From positions 9,858,001 through 9,922,000 of the forward strand of contig NC_043013.1 of NCBI RefSeq assembly GCF_006345805.1: 64,000 nt of DNA, given 5' to 3'. The notes under the pieces were generated by a model. The model ran no database searches, was not told the origin of the DNA, and saw only the letters and a list, made by a program, of their open reading frames with translations. The stretch comes from Octopus sinensis (lineage: Eukaryota). The position numbers and the translations under genes were made by a program. Positions 23,722 to 38,447 of this stretch are shown in pieces. The stretch's first letter is position 1. Each line of letters starts with the position of its first letter.

Positions 23722-25267
23722 TAGATACGTACATACTTACATAAAAACATACAGTGATATATATATATATATATATACATAATATATATATATATATGTA
23801 TAGGTGATGTTTGTGTGTATATACATATATAGGTATATACACACACATATATATATATACATAATATAATATAATATAATATTATATATATATACACGTT
23901 TATAAATCTATATTTATATACATACTCAAAAACAAAAGATTTTTTCTACAAATATATAATATATTCAATGAAAAAAAAACCTAGCTTCTTCCCATTAAAA
24001 ACATAATTATTTTAATATATACCAAAAAAAAGAAGAAAAAAAGAAAGAAAACATAAATGAAGCGAAGCGGGAGATTTAGGATCCGTTACCTTGAATCATT
24101 CGTATTTAAAAAGCCTTCCTTTCAAATTTAGAAAGCTTTTAAATACTTTTAAACAATTTTAAACTCTAAACGAATTCCCATTAGACAACGACAAATAGAA
24201 ATTTTTCAAGGTTCAACGATTTATTTGTCCAGTGTTGATAGCCTAAAATTATATACACCAAATCGATTTTATTTGTTTTTCGTAGCTTTTTTTTTTACTT
24301 TTTAGATGTTTATATTCGTTGTTGTTCTTGAGGAGTTTTTTTTCTCGATTGTTTTTATTTTTTTTACATTCTTGCCTTAGAAACACCTTATTCTAAAGCA
24401 AACTGAAACTCTGTAAATTGGAATCTGGTGTGGTCAAATTATATTCTTAAAGGACTGAATATTTGTATGAAAAAATATAAAGGAAAACAAAGGTATGAAA
24501 TATTCTTAAAATACCACAATAAATGGTTTTTTTTTTAGATAACTATGATATGTGATTATTATTTATATTTTTAAACATTTTAACGTATCAAAGCAATATT
24601 TGTTTGTTTATTAAGGAAAAGAAATGCAGTATCGAAAGAATTTTGCTTATTAAAGAATTTTTTTTTCTTTATGAATTGCCCTGTTTTTTTTTTTTGTAGC
24701 TAATTTTTATACTTTTCCTGATAAAAAAAGTGAATCCATGAGGAAAATAATTCTTAGTGTTTGTATATTTATATATATATATACACACATACATAAACAC
24801 GCGCACACACAATGTATGTGTTTATGTCCGTAAATTTTGCTTCAAGACGTTAAACCATTGTTTTCGTGAAGTATCGGAATCGTTCATTGTCGGATAATAT
24901 GCTCGGTAGCATTTGTTTCGAAATTCTGTGCTGTGATTTCGAATCCCGCTGAGATCATGTTTCCATTTCAAACTTTCGAGAAAAGGTAACAATCTCGGGC
25001 AGTTTATTGGTGCTATTGTAAGGACCCTGGACCTGAGGACTTGCGGTGTTTGTTTCGACTGTTTTGCTGTCAATTCACGCATGGACTACTTTGGCTGGAA
25101 AACTTAACCTCGTTGCCTAGGTTAATACAACCGCCTGACACTTCGGATGCTTTTACTGGAATCTACTTTGTTGCAAACATTCGAGTCAGGTCTTCGGTTA
25201 GGGTATACTTTCCTCTCACTCCCTCACCCGTCTTTGAGACCCTAAAATATAAACAGGTATAGGTATT

Positions 25268-25486
25268 TATTTCTTTATTGCCCACAAGGGGCTAAACATA
25301 GAAGGGACGAACAAGGACAGACAAAGGATTAAGTCGATTATATTGACCCCAGTACGCAACTGGTACTTATTTAATCGACCCCGAAAGGATGAAAGGCAAA
25401 GTCGACCTCGGCTGAATTTGAACTCAGAACGTAAAATCAGACGAAACACAGCTAAGCATTTCACCCGGTGTGCTAACGTTTCTGCC
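25268..25486 (-). mobile_element. SINE group B (tail T1) with 9-bp TSD
   Basis: B body flanked by ataggtatt at 25259-25267 and 25487-25495. Confidence 0.9.
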
Positions 25487-27100
25487 ATAGGTATTGTCTT
25501 ACGAAAAGATTTTAACAAAAATGTAATTTCCGAGGAGATTGTTCTACACAGGGAAGCTGAAATACTTTTCCTTCATCGTCATCATCATTATCCTCATCAT
25601 AATCATCGTCGTCACCATCATCGTCATCATCATCCGCCTCCTCCTCCTCATCATCATCATTATTATCATCATCATCATCACAACAACATCTACGAATAAA
25701 ACTTGCACATGCAATGAGTGCAATCCCTGACGTCTCACATCCCGTTCCATTATGTTCACTGCAGTGATGGCATGACTATTTTAGCAGGGTTCTGTCTATG
25801 ATTTATAGAAGAATGCCATCCTCTCATTGGCTTGGTGTTTTTGGTGAAATTTGTATGGCAGGAAGTTTTGGGAACTAACCCAATGAGAGGAAAATCCATG
25901 AACTTCTTCCTAATTCACCTACAACTGCCAATCTATCTGTCATCTTACTGCTCAAATGCGATCGGTTGATATTTCTAAAGCCTTCATGCTTAGTTTCCAG
26001 TGAGGCAACCAAAATATCCTGTAGAGAAACACATCCCGTTGTTGTTGTTAGTTAAGCTTCAGGTCTATGATCAGCATTTTCTTTGATTCTTTCTGTAGAT
26101 GTCGTGTATCAAGGATTATAGAATCCAATACATCTAGAAAACTCCTTTACAATGTTCTGGCCGCCCTGGCCAATAGAAGAAAGTATTTGTCCAAGGTACT
26201 GTACAGATGAACTGATCCCGAAAACATATGGTTCCAAAGGGAACTTGTTAACCATACAGCCATTTCTGCGGCTTGTCTTGTGTATTTACTTATCAGATAA
26301 AAGAACTACCAATTTTTTCCTTAATTATAAATCCTAGACATCACATTTAAAACTTCTAATGTCTACCTCTGTCTGGTTTCATATAGCTTAGGAAAAGGGT
26401 GAAGAGAATGTGTAGAGCTCTTTTCTTGCAGTGAAAATCCTACCCATTGTGTGAACGGGAAACCTATGAAAGTGAAATTTTCACATCACCACTAACATTC
26501 GTACAGCGCGAATGACGTACGAGCTCCCAGAAAGCCCAGCCGTGACCGGTTACATACTGTTGCTATCACCCGTGTTATACCTACACCGTGACCTCATAGG
26601 ACTGGAATAGAGTAACACTAAAAGAACACATGTATATCATTGTCGGTGTTGCGTCGAATAAGAGCATCGTGCCAATACACCGTTCCTGGTGTTTATGACA
26701 ACTTTGCATTTCATTTCGTTATAATATCTAAATCCTGATGAGACCATCCCTATGGATGGAAAACATGAGGTTGAATCTAATAGGATTTGCAAAGCAACAA
26801 TTGTTAATTCCGGGATGTGGAAGTACCTTCCATAGAACTATGAACAATTATATGTGTCCACGGCTTTAGTTTAATGCAAATATAAAGAAAACCTACTAAT
26901 AAAACATTTCCTAATATGAAGTTACATATATGAACACACAAATACAGTAACAATCAGAAATACACACACACACGTACATACACACCCATACTTTCATGCA
27001 TGCATACGTACATATATGTGCGAGTGTTTGAATACATGTGTATATGTGTGTATATTGTATATATGTATATATGTATAAGTGTGGGTATGTGCTTATGTGC

Positions 27101-27132
<32 letters not shown>

Positions 27133-27133
27133 C

Positions 27134-27362
27134 TATTTCTTTATTACCCACAAGGGGCCAAACATAGAGGGGACAAACAAGGACAGACACAGGTATTAAG
27201 TCGATTACATCGACCCCAGTGCGTAACTGGTACTTAATTTATCAACCCCGAAAGGATGAAAGGCAAAGTCGACCTCAGCGGAATTTGAACTCACAACGTT
27301 GCGCCAGACGAAATACCGCTAAGCATTTCGCCCGGCACGCTAACGTTTCTGCCAGCTCGCCG
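27134..27362 (-). mobile_element. SINE group B (tail T1), full length
   Basis: Runs from tttctttattacccacaagggg to gctaacgtttctgccagctcgcc. Confidence 0.9.
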
Positions 27363-27371
27363 TATATATAT

Positions 27372-27671
27372 CACCATGATCACCGTGACCGACCCGGCTA
27401 TCAGATGTTACTACACATCGCTGGTCACAATGCGCTTCGCATTGTTTTAGCCTTCAAACGACGCCACCCCCCTGGCTAAGGCGAGCAGGCCAACAGAGAA
27501 AAAGTTGTGGCGAAAGAGTACAGCAGGGATCGCCACCATCCACTGCCGGAGCCTCGTGAAGCTTTAGGTGCTTTCGCTCAATAAACACTCAGAAAGCCCG
27601 GTCTAGGAATCGAAACCGCGATCCTACAACTGCGAGTCCGCCGCCCTAACCACTGGGCCATTGCGCCTCCA
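27372..27671 (-). mobile_element. tRNA-derived SINE, group D
   Basis: Minus head ggaggcgcaatggcccagtggttagggcgg...ggtttcgattcctagaccggg. The middle tgtactctttcgccacaactt is shared with 56295-56607. The tail ggctaaaacaatgcgaagcgcattgtgaccagcgatgtgtag is not seen elsewhere in the window. Confidence 0.85.
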
Positions 27672-28237
27672 CACACACAGGCATATATGTGTGTGTGTGT
27701 GTGTGTTCATAAATATGTGTATATACATATGTATGTATACATCCATGTATGTGTGCATGCATCTATGTACGTCTCTCTTTGTACGTATGTAATTGAAAAA
27801 TGACAGTAGAATAATTTTATTGTAAAATGTGAAACAAACTGGATCAAGTTCGTTCATGCATCCTCAAGGGTAGAGTTATTTTAAGGTGTCCTGCCTGGCC
27901 AAATTCGCACTTTTCTTCTCTTATTTACTTGACTGTTATTGAGGAGAGACAAATAAACTATCCGTTCTAGCCAGCTTTGGTACATGAGAATGAACAAGCC
28001 AATGAGAAAAAAGATCATAGAAATTAGCACAATGCCTTCACTGAAGACTGTGTGTCTTCAAGAAAAATCAAATCTTACTCGTTAGTTCTCGTGAGATAAC
28101 GAGTCCATTGGAGGTATGTGTATATACATTTCTATTTATTCATACAACTACACAGACACATATATAGAGCTACATATGCGCACTTCGTTCTGTCTTTGTG
28201 TCTTTCTGTGTGTGTAAGTATATGTATATATATATAT

Positions 28238-28295
<58 letters not shown>

Positions 28296-28517
28296 TATAT
28301 ATATACATATACATACACTCATATATAATCATTGCAATGTACATGTATATGTATATATACATATATAATATATATATACGTATATGTATGTATATATGTA
28401 TATATATATGTATGTATATACGTATATATATGTACACTCATATATAATCATTGCGATGTACATGTATATCTATATATACATATATAATATATATATATAT
28501 ACGTATATGTATGTATG

Positions 28518-28595
<78 letters not shown>

Positions 28596-28894
28596 GTGGG
28601 GCAAGAATGTGTGAAAGACAGACTTATGACAAAATAATTTTTCATTAAACACAATTCACGCTTCATTTCTAATATCAGAATGTTTCAACATCTCAACACT
28701 TGATTAATATTTGATCAACAAAATCACGATGGACCGAGACAAAGGCGTTCGATGTCTCGTGCGATATCATCTTTCAATATTTCCTCTCGGTATTTAAACA
28801 AGTCAAACATACTACTTGCCTCTGCAGAGAATCTAAATAATATTGACTCTCCCGAGTTGTTGTTGGTGTTGTCGTTGGTATTGTTGTTGCTAGT

Positions 28895-28927
<33 letters not shown>

Positions 28928-29054
28928 CTTCTTCTTCTTCTTCTTCTTCTTCTCTTCTTCTTCTTCTTCTTCTTCTTCTTCTTCTTCTTCTTCTTCTTCT
29001 TCTTCTTCTTCTTCTTGTTATTTTATTATTATTATTATTATTATTTTATTATTG

Positions 29055-29278
29055 AGGCAGTGAGCACGCCGGGCAAAATGCTTCACGGCATTTCGTCCGT
29101 CTTTCTGAGTTCAAATTCTTAGTTTTGAATTTTGAGTTCAAATCCCACCGAGGTCGACTTTGTCTTTCATCCTTTCGGGGTCGATGAAATAAATACCAGT
29201 TGAGCACTGAGGATGATTTAATCGACTAGCCCTCTTACCTAAAATTTCAGGCCTTGTGCCTATAGTAGAAAGGATTAT
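29055..29278 (+). mobile_element. SINE group B (tail T2)
   Basis: caaatcccaccgaggtcgactttgtctttcatcctttcggggtcgat...caggccttgtgcctatagtagaaaggattat. Confidence 0.85.
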
Positions 29279-29816
29279 ATATATATATATATATTTCAAT
29301 TTTTTTACAGTTTTTTTTCTTGGTTCTGCTATTTACTCTTTATACTCCAAATCTCTTCAGTATATTCGCTGACGAACTATTACGACAAATTCGAAACTCT
29401 GAGACTGATAAAGGAAAAATAAATAAATTAATTAATTTACTGATTATATTCTTTTATATGAATTTAATTTTCCTCGTTAAATTTGTTGCTTTGTTGTTGC
29501 TTTCACTTTGGTTGTAAGGTGTGCTTCTTAACCATAAGCATGGGATTTTCTAAAATCCTAATAGTCTTGTAAATCGTGACGCGTGACGCACCTATATGAC
29601 CGTTTGAGAGCAACTGGTATAGAGAGCGCTTTGTAAGATTTCGCAAGGTCAGCAAAATTATTACAGCAGATAATAGGAAGCAGGTAGGGAGCAAGTGAGA
29701 GGATGGGATTGGCCGAGAACCTGCCATAGGCCCACTAAATTATTTCTTGTTTATTTCTATACTCCTGTCGCTTTATCGTGCAGATTTCTCTATTAAGTAT
29801 TTCAAATCGTGAATAG

Positions 29817-30250
29817 CGGCGAGTTGGCAGAAACGTTAGCGCGCCGAGCGAAATGCTTAGCGGTATTTCGTCTGCCGCTGCATTCTGAGTTCAAATTCCG
29901 CCGAGGTCGACTTTGCCTTACATCTTTTGGTGGTCGATTAAATAAGTACCAGTTACGCACTGGGGTCGATATAATCGACTTAATCCCTTTGTCTGTCCTT
30001 GTTTGTTCCCTCTATGTTTAGCCTCTTGTGGGGCAATAAAAAAGTAAGAAACTTTAGTACACCGAGTGAAATGCTTAGCGGTATTTCGTTTATCTTTACG
30101 TTCTGAGTTCAAATTCTGCTGTGGTCGACTTTGCCTTTCATCCTTTCGGGGTAGATAAATTAAGAACCAGTTGCGTACTGGGATCGGTCTAATTGACTGC
30201 CCTCCCACCCCCAAAATTTCGGGCCCTGTGCCTAGAGTAGAAAAAAAGAG
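29817..30250 (+). mobile_element. Two abutting SINE group B copies (T1 29817-30045; T2 ~30046-30250)
   Basis: A full T1 copy is followed directly by a second B copy that starts near aagaaactttagtac and ends gggccctgtgcctagagtagaaaa. Confidence 0.85.
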
Positions 30251-30684
30251 TATTTCACATCGTGAGCTAACGGTTAAAGTTTAAAACCTATTATGGAACC
30301 AGTACATGGTTACTAAAACTGCTAGAGATAACAGCAAAACATCTTTCAAATGATAACTAACCGTCTCTAAAACAAGAAGTAAGAATAACAGTTTAAGTTC
30401 ACCAGCATACTGATAAACGGGATTACGAATCGAATAGTTTATAGATATGAACCGTGGTTTGCTCAGAACAAATTTAACGAACAGTTGCTTGTCCAAAATT
30501 AGAGAGCGATTCAGTTTACTATCTTTAAAGAAAAAAAATGGACATTATAGTTTTTCATTATTTTTAGCTCAGCTACATCTGGAAAGACTTGGTTATGAAT
30601 CAAATACAGATGTAGATATGAACCCTGGTTCGCTCCATCAGAGATAAAATGGGACAGATTTTACTAACACTTGTTTGTTCAATT

Positions 30685-30744
<60 letters not shown>

Positions 30745-31037
30745 GTTTATTACTTGTTGCGAAATCGATAAAATGTATACCAGTCATATAATGGTATACG
30801 AGTTAGAAAATAAATGATTACGGGTGGGTATCCGGTAAAATTTGATCTATATAAAAGACTATATTGGTTGTATATCAGAGTATATGCTGCAGGTGCTCTA
30901 TCCGTGAGAAAATTTAATGGTCCAAAGATCGATTTGCAGTTATGATATTTATGAAGTATATAACTAATATTTTTATGTTGTTTTTATGCGGCAATCCTTC
31001 ATTTAACATATACTTACTTTCACTTTACTTCTCTATT

Positions 31038-31083
<46 letters not shown>

Positions 31084-31307
31084 GCTCACACACACACATA
31101 CGCACACACACATGCACACACATACAAACGCACACGCACAAGCAACAGCTTTCTGTCATCTCTATTCTCTCTTCATACATCCATATTCACAAACCTTTGA
31201 AATGTTTCATACCCATACACACACGTGTATGCATGCGTATACTTTGCATATACACACACACACACACACATACATATAATAGTGCATGTATATGTACGCA
31301 TGCATGC

Positions 31308-31345
<38 letters not shown>

Positions 31346-32298
31346 AATTTTAGCAAAAATATTTTCTTCAGTAAATCAACCAGGTAACACCAAACGCAAA
31401 AACTATTTTAAAAAAACTAAATAATTCCGCAACACATTCACCTGCACATACATAGAAACTCACATTCTCATACACATGTACGCATACTTACATTGATACA
31501 CACACACACACGCACAAAAAGACTTTCGTATATATATGCACATTTATATACATATATATATACACACACACATACGCGCCGTACATACATCAACACACAC
31601 ATGCATACATACGTATATATATATATATATATATACGCACCGTACATACATCAACACGCACACACACACACGCACACACACACACACACGTCCCGCGCCA
31701 TCGTAATTTCCTCCTACTTTCTCTTTCTCCTCCACTTTGGGTTGCCTCTATATACTGAACGCACTTAAAACATAATTACTGATTGGGAATACGTCGGTAA
31801 TTGCAGTTTTACTACCTAGGAAATTATAGATTTATGATCCTAACTTGGTTTAAACGATGCAACTTGTATTGAATCGCAGCTCTGAGCAATTTCCTATCAC
31901 TCACGCTAAATCATTCTGTTATATTACAGAACGATAATTATCTCTAAACCGAAAATGTGCAAATCTTCTTGCGTCTAATAATATTGTTATTACGAAAGCA
32001 TTGGAAAATGAAAACAATTGCCGAAGAGGAGACTTTAATTAATTTTCCATATAACAATGTAAAAAAAAATTACACACACGTACACATATGTAGATATGTA
32101 TATACATACACGTATACATAGGTATGTACTTAGAAGTCCACTAACTTTACAGACTACTCTCGCCACTAATATTACTACCAGGAGCCAATGAAGAATGCTC
32201 TACCTGGTCGATTGATCTTCTAGAAGTAGCAGTTATATCTCCTTCGTATATCATCCTATCATCTTAAACAAAGGCTACGTTAGATAAAGTCATTTTAA

Positions 32299-32440
32299 TA
32301 CAAGTGGGTGCTGAAAATTTCCTGACTTTGATAGTATCGTGAAAGGCCTGATTGCCGGACCAACCTACCGAGTTCTGTTACTGGACTTGGAAAAACTGGA
32401 GGATTGGTGGCATAAGTGTGTGAATTTGAGAGAGGAATAT
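32299..32440 (+). mobile_element. Mariner deletion derivative, truncated, same family as 22954-23175
   Basis: TA|caagtgggtgctgaaaatttcctgacttt...gtatcgtgaaaggc. It encodes LEKLEDWWHKCVNLREEYVE. Confidence 0.75.
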
Positions 32441-32635
32441 GTTGAATCAGTACCCCTTCGGATATGATACACATTTCGTTGGAATGCTCATGATTGGAAC
32501 ATCTTTCTTGATCAAAGACATAGATGTATCGAACCATCTAGTGTGCTTCTAACTAGTCGCTCGTTCTGCTACAAATATCAATCAAATTTCCAACAAATTT
32601 CATCTTATCTTCTTAAAGGAAAGTTCACACTCGTT

Positions 32636-33050
32636 GCAAGCATGGTTGTGTAGTTAAAAAATTCACCTATAATCAAGTGGTTTCAGGTTCAACGCCACTT
32701 TAGGCAAGTATCTTCTAGCCAGGCCAACCAGTGCCTTATAAGTGAATGTGGTTGATGGAAACTGTGAGGAAACCTGTTGAATGTGTATGTATGTGTCTTT
32801 ATGTTTGTGTTCCACTACATACACACCACTTGACAACCGGTGTGTCTATATGTATGTGTCTTTATGTTTGTGTTCCGCTGCATACACGTCACTTGACAAC
32901 CGGTGTTAGCAGTATGGCATAGAGATCGACAAAATAAATACCAGACATACAAAAATAAGTACTGGAAGTGAATTTTTCAACGAAACCGTTCAAGGCAGTG
33001 CCCCAGCTTGGCTGCAGTTCATTGACTTAAACAAGCAATGGATAAAAGAA
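32636..33050 (+). mobile_element. SINE group A, degenerate, with ~62-bp internal duplication
   Basis: A head and tail are present. tatgtatgtgtctttatgtttgtgttcc...cacttgacaaccggtgt occurs twice, at ~32785 and ~32848. Confidence 0.7.
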
Positions 33051-33620
33051 TAGATAACGAAGATCTCAGCCTTAAAGAAAGATGGGATGTGGATGGTCAT
33101 GGCTGGAATGCTTTTGATCATGTGATCAGGCGAAGCTGCGCTTACTTATAGCTCACTTCGTATGGAAAAAAAATAAACAAAAAACTGAAAATAATAACCG
33201 TTATAATTTACGCAGTAACCACAATTCAGTGATTAAAGGCAATTAGCTTTTGTTTATAGTTTGATTTCTTTCTCAACATATTTTTTCACATCACTCAGCA
33301 GAAATGTGGAGATATCCCAAAGCTGTTTCTCCTGAAATAGAACTAAGCCTCTTATGTGAGACAAAAGAGAAAAAGTGAACGAACGTTTCGATCTTTATGG
33401 AAGACTTCATCGAATCGAGGAAGAAGCATTTCTGCTCAGTAGCGATGCGTGATTCAAATATGAAATCATGAAGTAGCGTAGCTATTTTTAATATTATTTT
33501 TTTTTATACTACACATCTATATCTATGTCTAGTTCATAGCTTGAAAGATATTACAATAATCATTATATGCAAGCGTACATGTTATAATTCTCTCCCTCTC
33601 TCTTTCTCTCTCTCTCTCTT

Positions 33621-33652
<32 letters not shown>

Positions 33653-33653
33653 C

Positions 33654-33727
<74 letters not shown>

Positions 33728-34156
33728 ACATGTATATACAGGAAGCTTATTGTTTTTCGTTTTACTAATGATGCACATACACGTCAGTTTCAGTTTTTAA
33801 GCGTCCAGAGATTCGATCAAATACACAGCCTACAGACTGAATTAATGTGTAAAGTGACTGAGTATTCCGCAGACACATGTAACTTCAATTTATTTTCAGA
33901 ATCAGTGTGTCACAACTGTGACAAACCATGACTCTTCAATTACAGTTTTACTTCATCTCATGGACTTCTATACATTTTCCATCAATCCAAATGGGGGGGG
34001 GGAAATTAGTTAGATCGACCTCATTGCCTAGTAGGTACTTATTTTATCGACCTCAAACGAATGAAAGACAAAGTTGACTTTGGAGGCATTTGAACTCAAA
34101 ACGTAAAATCCGTAAGAAATGCAGCTAGTTTTGTCAGTTGTAACGATTCGGGAATT

Positions 34157-34328
34157 ACTCTTTTACTTGTTTCAGTCAATTGACTGTGACCATGCTGGAG
34201 CACCGCCTTTAGTCGAGCAAATCGACCCCAGGACTTATTTTTTATAAGCCTAGTACTTATTTTATCGGACTCTTTTGCCGAACCGCTATGTTACGGGTAC
34301 GTAAGCACACCAGCATCGGTTGTCAAGT

Positions 34329-34393
<65 letters not shown>

Positions 34394-34564
34394 GTATATA
34401 CGACGGGCGTCTTTCAGTTTCCATCTACCAAATCCACTCACAAGGCTTTGGTCCGCCCGAGGCTATAGTAGAAGATACTTGCCCAAGGTGCCACGCAGTG
34501 GGACTGAACCTGGAACTATGTGGTTCGTAACCAAGCTACTTGCCACTCAGCCACTCCTACACCT
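34157..34564 (-). mobile_element. SINE group A
   Basis: ttttacttgtttcagtca...(CA)n(TA)n...gacgggcgtctttcagtttcc...gtgggactgaacctggaac...cagccactcc. Confidence 0.9.
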
Positions 34565-35163
34565 GGTAACGATTCTGTCAGCTTACATGACATCAAAACT
34601 GAATACTGCATGAAAAGATCTTTTCTCGCAATTGAATTTGTTATAAGAAGAAAAGGCAATACTCAAGACATATTTTTAGGTCTTCTGAAGCAAGGAGAAG
34701 GAAGTGGGCAACGCATCGTCAGACAAGAGACATTACCTGAGTATTTGCAATTGAATGGGCGCTGGTAAAGGCAACCACCATATATGTGGTGATGATAGTG
34801 TTTCTTGACGTGTTGACTTACTGTAGCTAATTACGTGCTGTCTCTCTGACAGGCACCCACGGTATCTCTCCATTAACTTTCACAGGCAGGGTTTTGGTCA
34901 GACTGAATACACTTATCTAAAGTACTGCAGCAAGGAGTCGAACCTGAAACGATGTAGTAAGCGTAACTAACTTTCTTACCACACAACCACAACTACACCT
35001 GGTTTCCTACGTGAACAATATAGAGGTAACGATTATGCAGAGGTAAACATGCATGCATAATTGCATAAATTCGTTCGTGTGTGCTTGTCAGTATGTTTTG
35101 CGAGTGCTCACAGACACACACATAGATAATTAAATAGATAGATAAATAGATAGATAGATAGAC

Positions 35164-35267
<104 letters not shown>

Positions 35268-36110
35268 GGATAGTGGAATGGATGAAGTGACAGATACGTA
35301 GATAGGTAGATATATGGGTATACGTGTCACAGAAAAAAAGAGAGACGTAGAGAGAAATATTTTCTCATTCCGTTAGCTTTAAAGGATTCAAAGAATTAAC
35401 CCTGTAGAATTTCATGTTTATACCAATGAAATATGATAATTCATTTATACATGTGTGTGTGTGTGTACACATATATGTATATATTTGCATTTCCATGTAA
35501 GTGTGCGTGTATGTGTATATTAATGCGTTTGAGTGAGTAAAGTGCAGCTCATCAAATGTAGTGATAAAAACCAGTTTATATATTTATATTTCCGCTAGAA
35601 TGTAAACTGAATTTATTGTCGATAAAACGTTTTATACGTAACTCTATACTTCTACAATTTTAACTTAGTATTTATGTTATTTTTATTTTTCATTAAACCA
35701 TTCTGAACTACAATCGTTACTACTAAAACCACTAGTATCTACAAGCTACTTATCAGCATAAAAAAAAATAATAATAAAATGTGGAAGAGTGGGAACTGTT
35801 AATATTGGAAATGATTGACATAACGAGATAGTTTTTTAATATAGACATTTTTCTTTTAAGAAATTGCCAATTATACTAATTGGGAAAAGCTAGCAATCAT
35901 TGTGTGTAGTTATATACAATCCGATTGTTGGATTATTCACGAAAGCTGGTGTAAATAAGCTGTCAGGTGAATCAAAATGGATTTTATAATAAATTTGACT
36001 ATTTTTTGCATAAAGTCTATTCATCAGTAAATATCTATTGTTGTTATTATTCTACCAATATATAACGAGTAAAAAAAATAATAATTGCTTGGCAGCGTTA
36101 CATTAAATGA

Positions 36111-36350
36111 TCTCTTTTACTCTTTTACTTGTTTCAGTCATTTGACTGTGGCCATACTGTAGCACCGCCTTCTAGTCGAGCACATCGACCCCAGGACTTA
36201 TTCTTTGTAAGCCTAGTACTTGTTCTATTGGTCTCTTTTGCCGAACCGCTAAGTTACGGGGACGTAAACACACCAGCATCGGTTGTCAAGCGATGGTGGG
36301 GGTACAAACGCAGACACGCAAACATATACACACATACATACATACATACA

Positions 36351-36415
<65 letters not shown>

Positions 36416-36564
36416 GACGGGCTTCTTTCAGTTTCGGTCTACCAAATCCACTCATAAGGCTTAGGCTGGCCCGAGGCTATAGTAGCAGACACTTGCAGTG
36501 GGACTGAACCCGAACCCATGTGGTTAGTAAGCAAGCTACTTGCCATACAGCCACTCCTGCGCCT
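36111..36564 (-). mobile_element. SINE group A
   Basis: Full A architecture with an internal (TACA)n(TA)n tract. Confidence 0.9.
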
Positions 36565-37004
36565 ATTGAACTCTTGATGTTGAACATATCAGTACAAAAT
36601 AACCTACACAAGTGCGCGCACACACAAAAACGCACGCATACAAACACAAACACACACACGGATAACGGTGTCGAATGGTGACTAATTACCAAATCATTTT
36701 CACCGGGATGCAGTCAAGCCACGCTTAATCTGACAAATAATCCACTGAACATTTGGGAAGTATTGGAACTAGCAACACATGCCGCATTCTACCAACTGTA
36801 TCATTGTATCTTGGTAGTCCTTATTATCATCAGCGTCATCTTCGTTATTGCTACCATCATCAGCGCCGTCATCGTCGAGCACTCTTTATCACCATTATTA
36901 TCTTCATCATCACCATCACCTTTACCATGATGATGATGAATGTCTTCCTCATCATTGCCCGGGAAGAAGCAGCATTAGTCATTCTGTTCTGCATTCAAAC
37001 ACCG

Positions 37005-37860
37005 CCATTCTCCACTTTGCCGTTTCATCCTTTCGGGTTCGATAAAATGAAATATTTGTCGACTTCTGGGGGTCAATGTATACGACTACCGCACCCCCTT
37101 GAAAATTGTTGGTATTTTGCCAAAATATGGAAGAAAAGTGACCAGAAAAGACGCTAAAATCGACTAACCTCATTACCTTAAAATTGCTGGCATTGTGCTC
37201 AAGCTAGAAAGTATTATTATTAAGTAGTCGACGAGCCAGCAAAATCGTTAGCACGCGGTATTTCGTCTGCCGTTACGTTCTGAGTTCAAATTCCGCAGAG
37301 TTCGACTTTGCCTTTCATCCTTTCGGGGGTCGATAAATTAAGTACCAAGTACGCACTGGGGTCGTTGTAATCGACTTAATCCCTTTGTCCTTGTTTGTCC
37401 CCTCTATGCTTAGCCCCTTGTGGGCAATAAATAAATAATGAATAAGAATCGTTAGCGCATCGTGCAAAATGCTTAGATGCAGTTTTCCGATTCATTGTGT
37501 ACTGAGTTCAAATCTGGCAGAAATCACTTTTGCATTTCAACCCTCCGAGGTCGATAAAAAAGGATTCCAGGCAAATGCTGGATGTCGATAAATTAAGTAC
37601 CAGTTACGCACTGGGGTCGATGTAATCAACTTAATTCGTTTGTCTGTCCTTGTTTGTTCTCTCTGTGTTTAGCCCCTTGTGGGTAGTAAAGAAATAGGTA
37701 TTTTGTCTGTCTTTACGTTCTGAGTTCAAATTCCGCCGAGGTCGACGTTGCCCTTCATCCTTTCAGGGTCAATAAATTAAGTACCAGTTGCGTACTGTGG
37801 TCGATGTAATCGATTGCCCCCTCCCCCAAAATTTCGGGCTTTGTGCCTAGAGTAGAAACG
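37005..37860 (+). mobile_element. Cluster of five same-strand SINE group B copies or fragments
   Basis: B segments at ~37005-37130, 37228-37435 (T1), 37443-37560, 37583-37697 (T1 3' part) and 37698-37860 (T2). Confidence 0.85.
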
Positions 37861-38007
37861 AATACTAGTTCTGCTCTTGATTCGGCAGACCTATGAAGAA
37901 AACCTTCCTAGCCATTGTCAGTCCATCTTTCTTTCAAGCATTGTGTTCTTTCTTTTACTTTTGAGTGTTAGGTTGAGATTTCAAGGATGTTTGGCTCTTA
38001 TTTCTAG

Positions 38008-38415
38008 CATTGTAACTCTCCACATAGAGACGCCCAGGCTATTCTTCGTGGTGTTGAAGGTGATATCGGCGGTGGTCCAGCAAACTATGATAGTAAAGGT
38101 TCTGCTTATGATGTCGATAGGAAGGACGGTGTTGCAGAAGGTATCAGAGGTAGTCTTGGTTTTACTGGTGGTATTGATGAAGGTGGTGTTGGTGGTGGTT
38201 GCGGTTTTGGTGATAACGTTAATGATGGTGGCGCTGGTGCTGGTATTCGTCATAATAACACGGTGGTATTCGTTGTTGTTGCGATGGAGGCGGTGGTAAT
38301 GTTGGAAATGGTGGTAATGATGCTGACAGAAGTGATACTCGCGGTTTTCCCGGTATTGCTGTTGTTGATGGTGATGCTGATGGTTGTGGTGATGTTGTTA
38401 CAAACAACCTGTTCT

Positions 38416-38447
<32 letters not shown>

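Noticed and set aside
28315-28560. 119-bp tandem duplication within a TA tract
   Set aside because: Ordinary slippage or unequal exchange in a microsatellite.
29345-29410. ctgacga...ttcgaaac as a hammerhead
   Set aside because: No convincing stem II or stem I, and no cleavage triplet in register.
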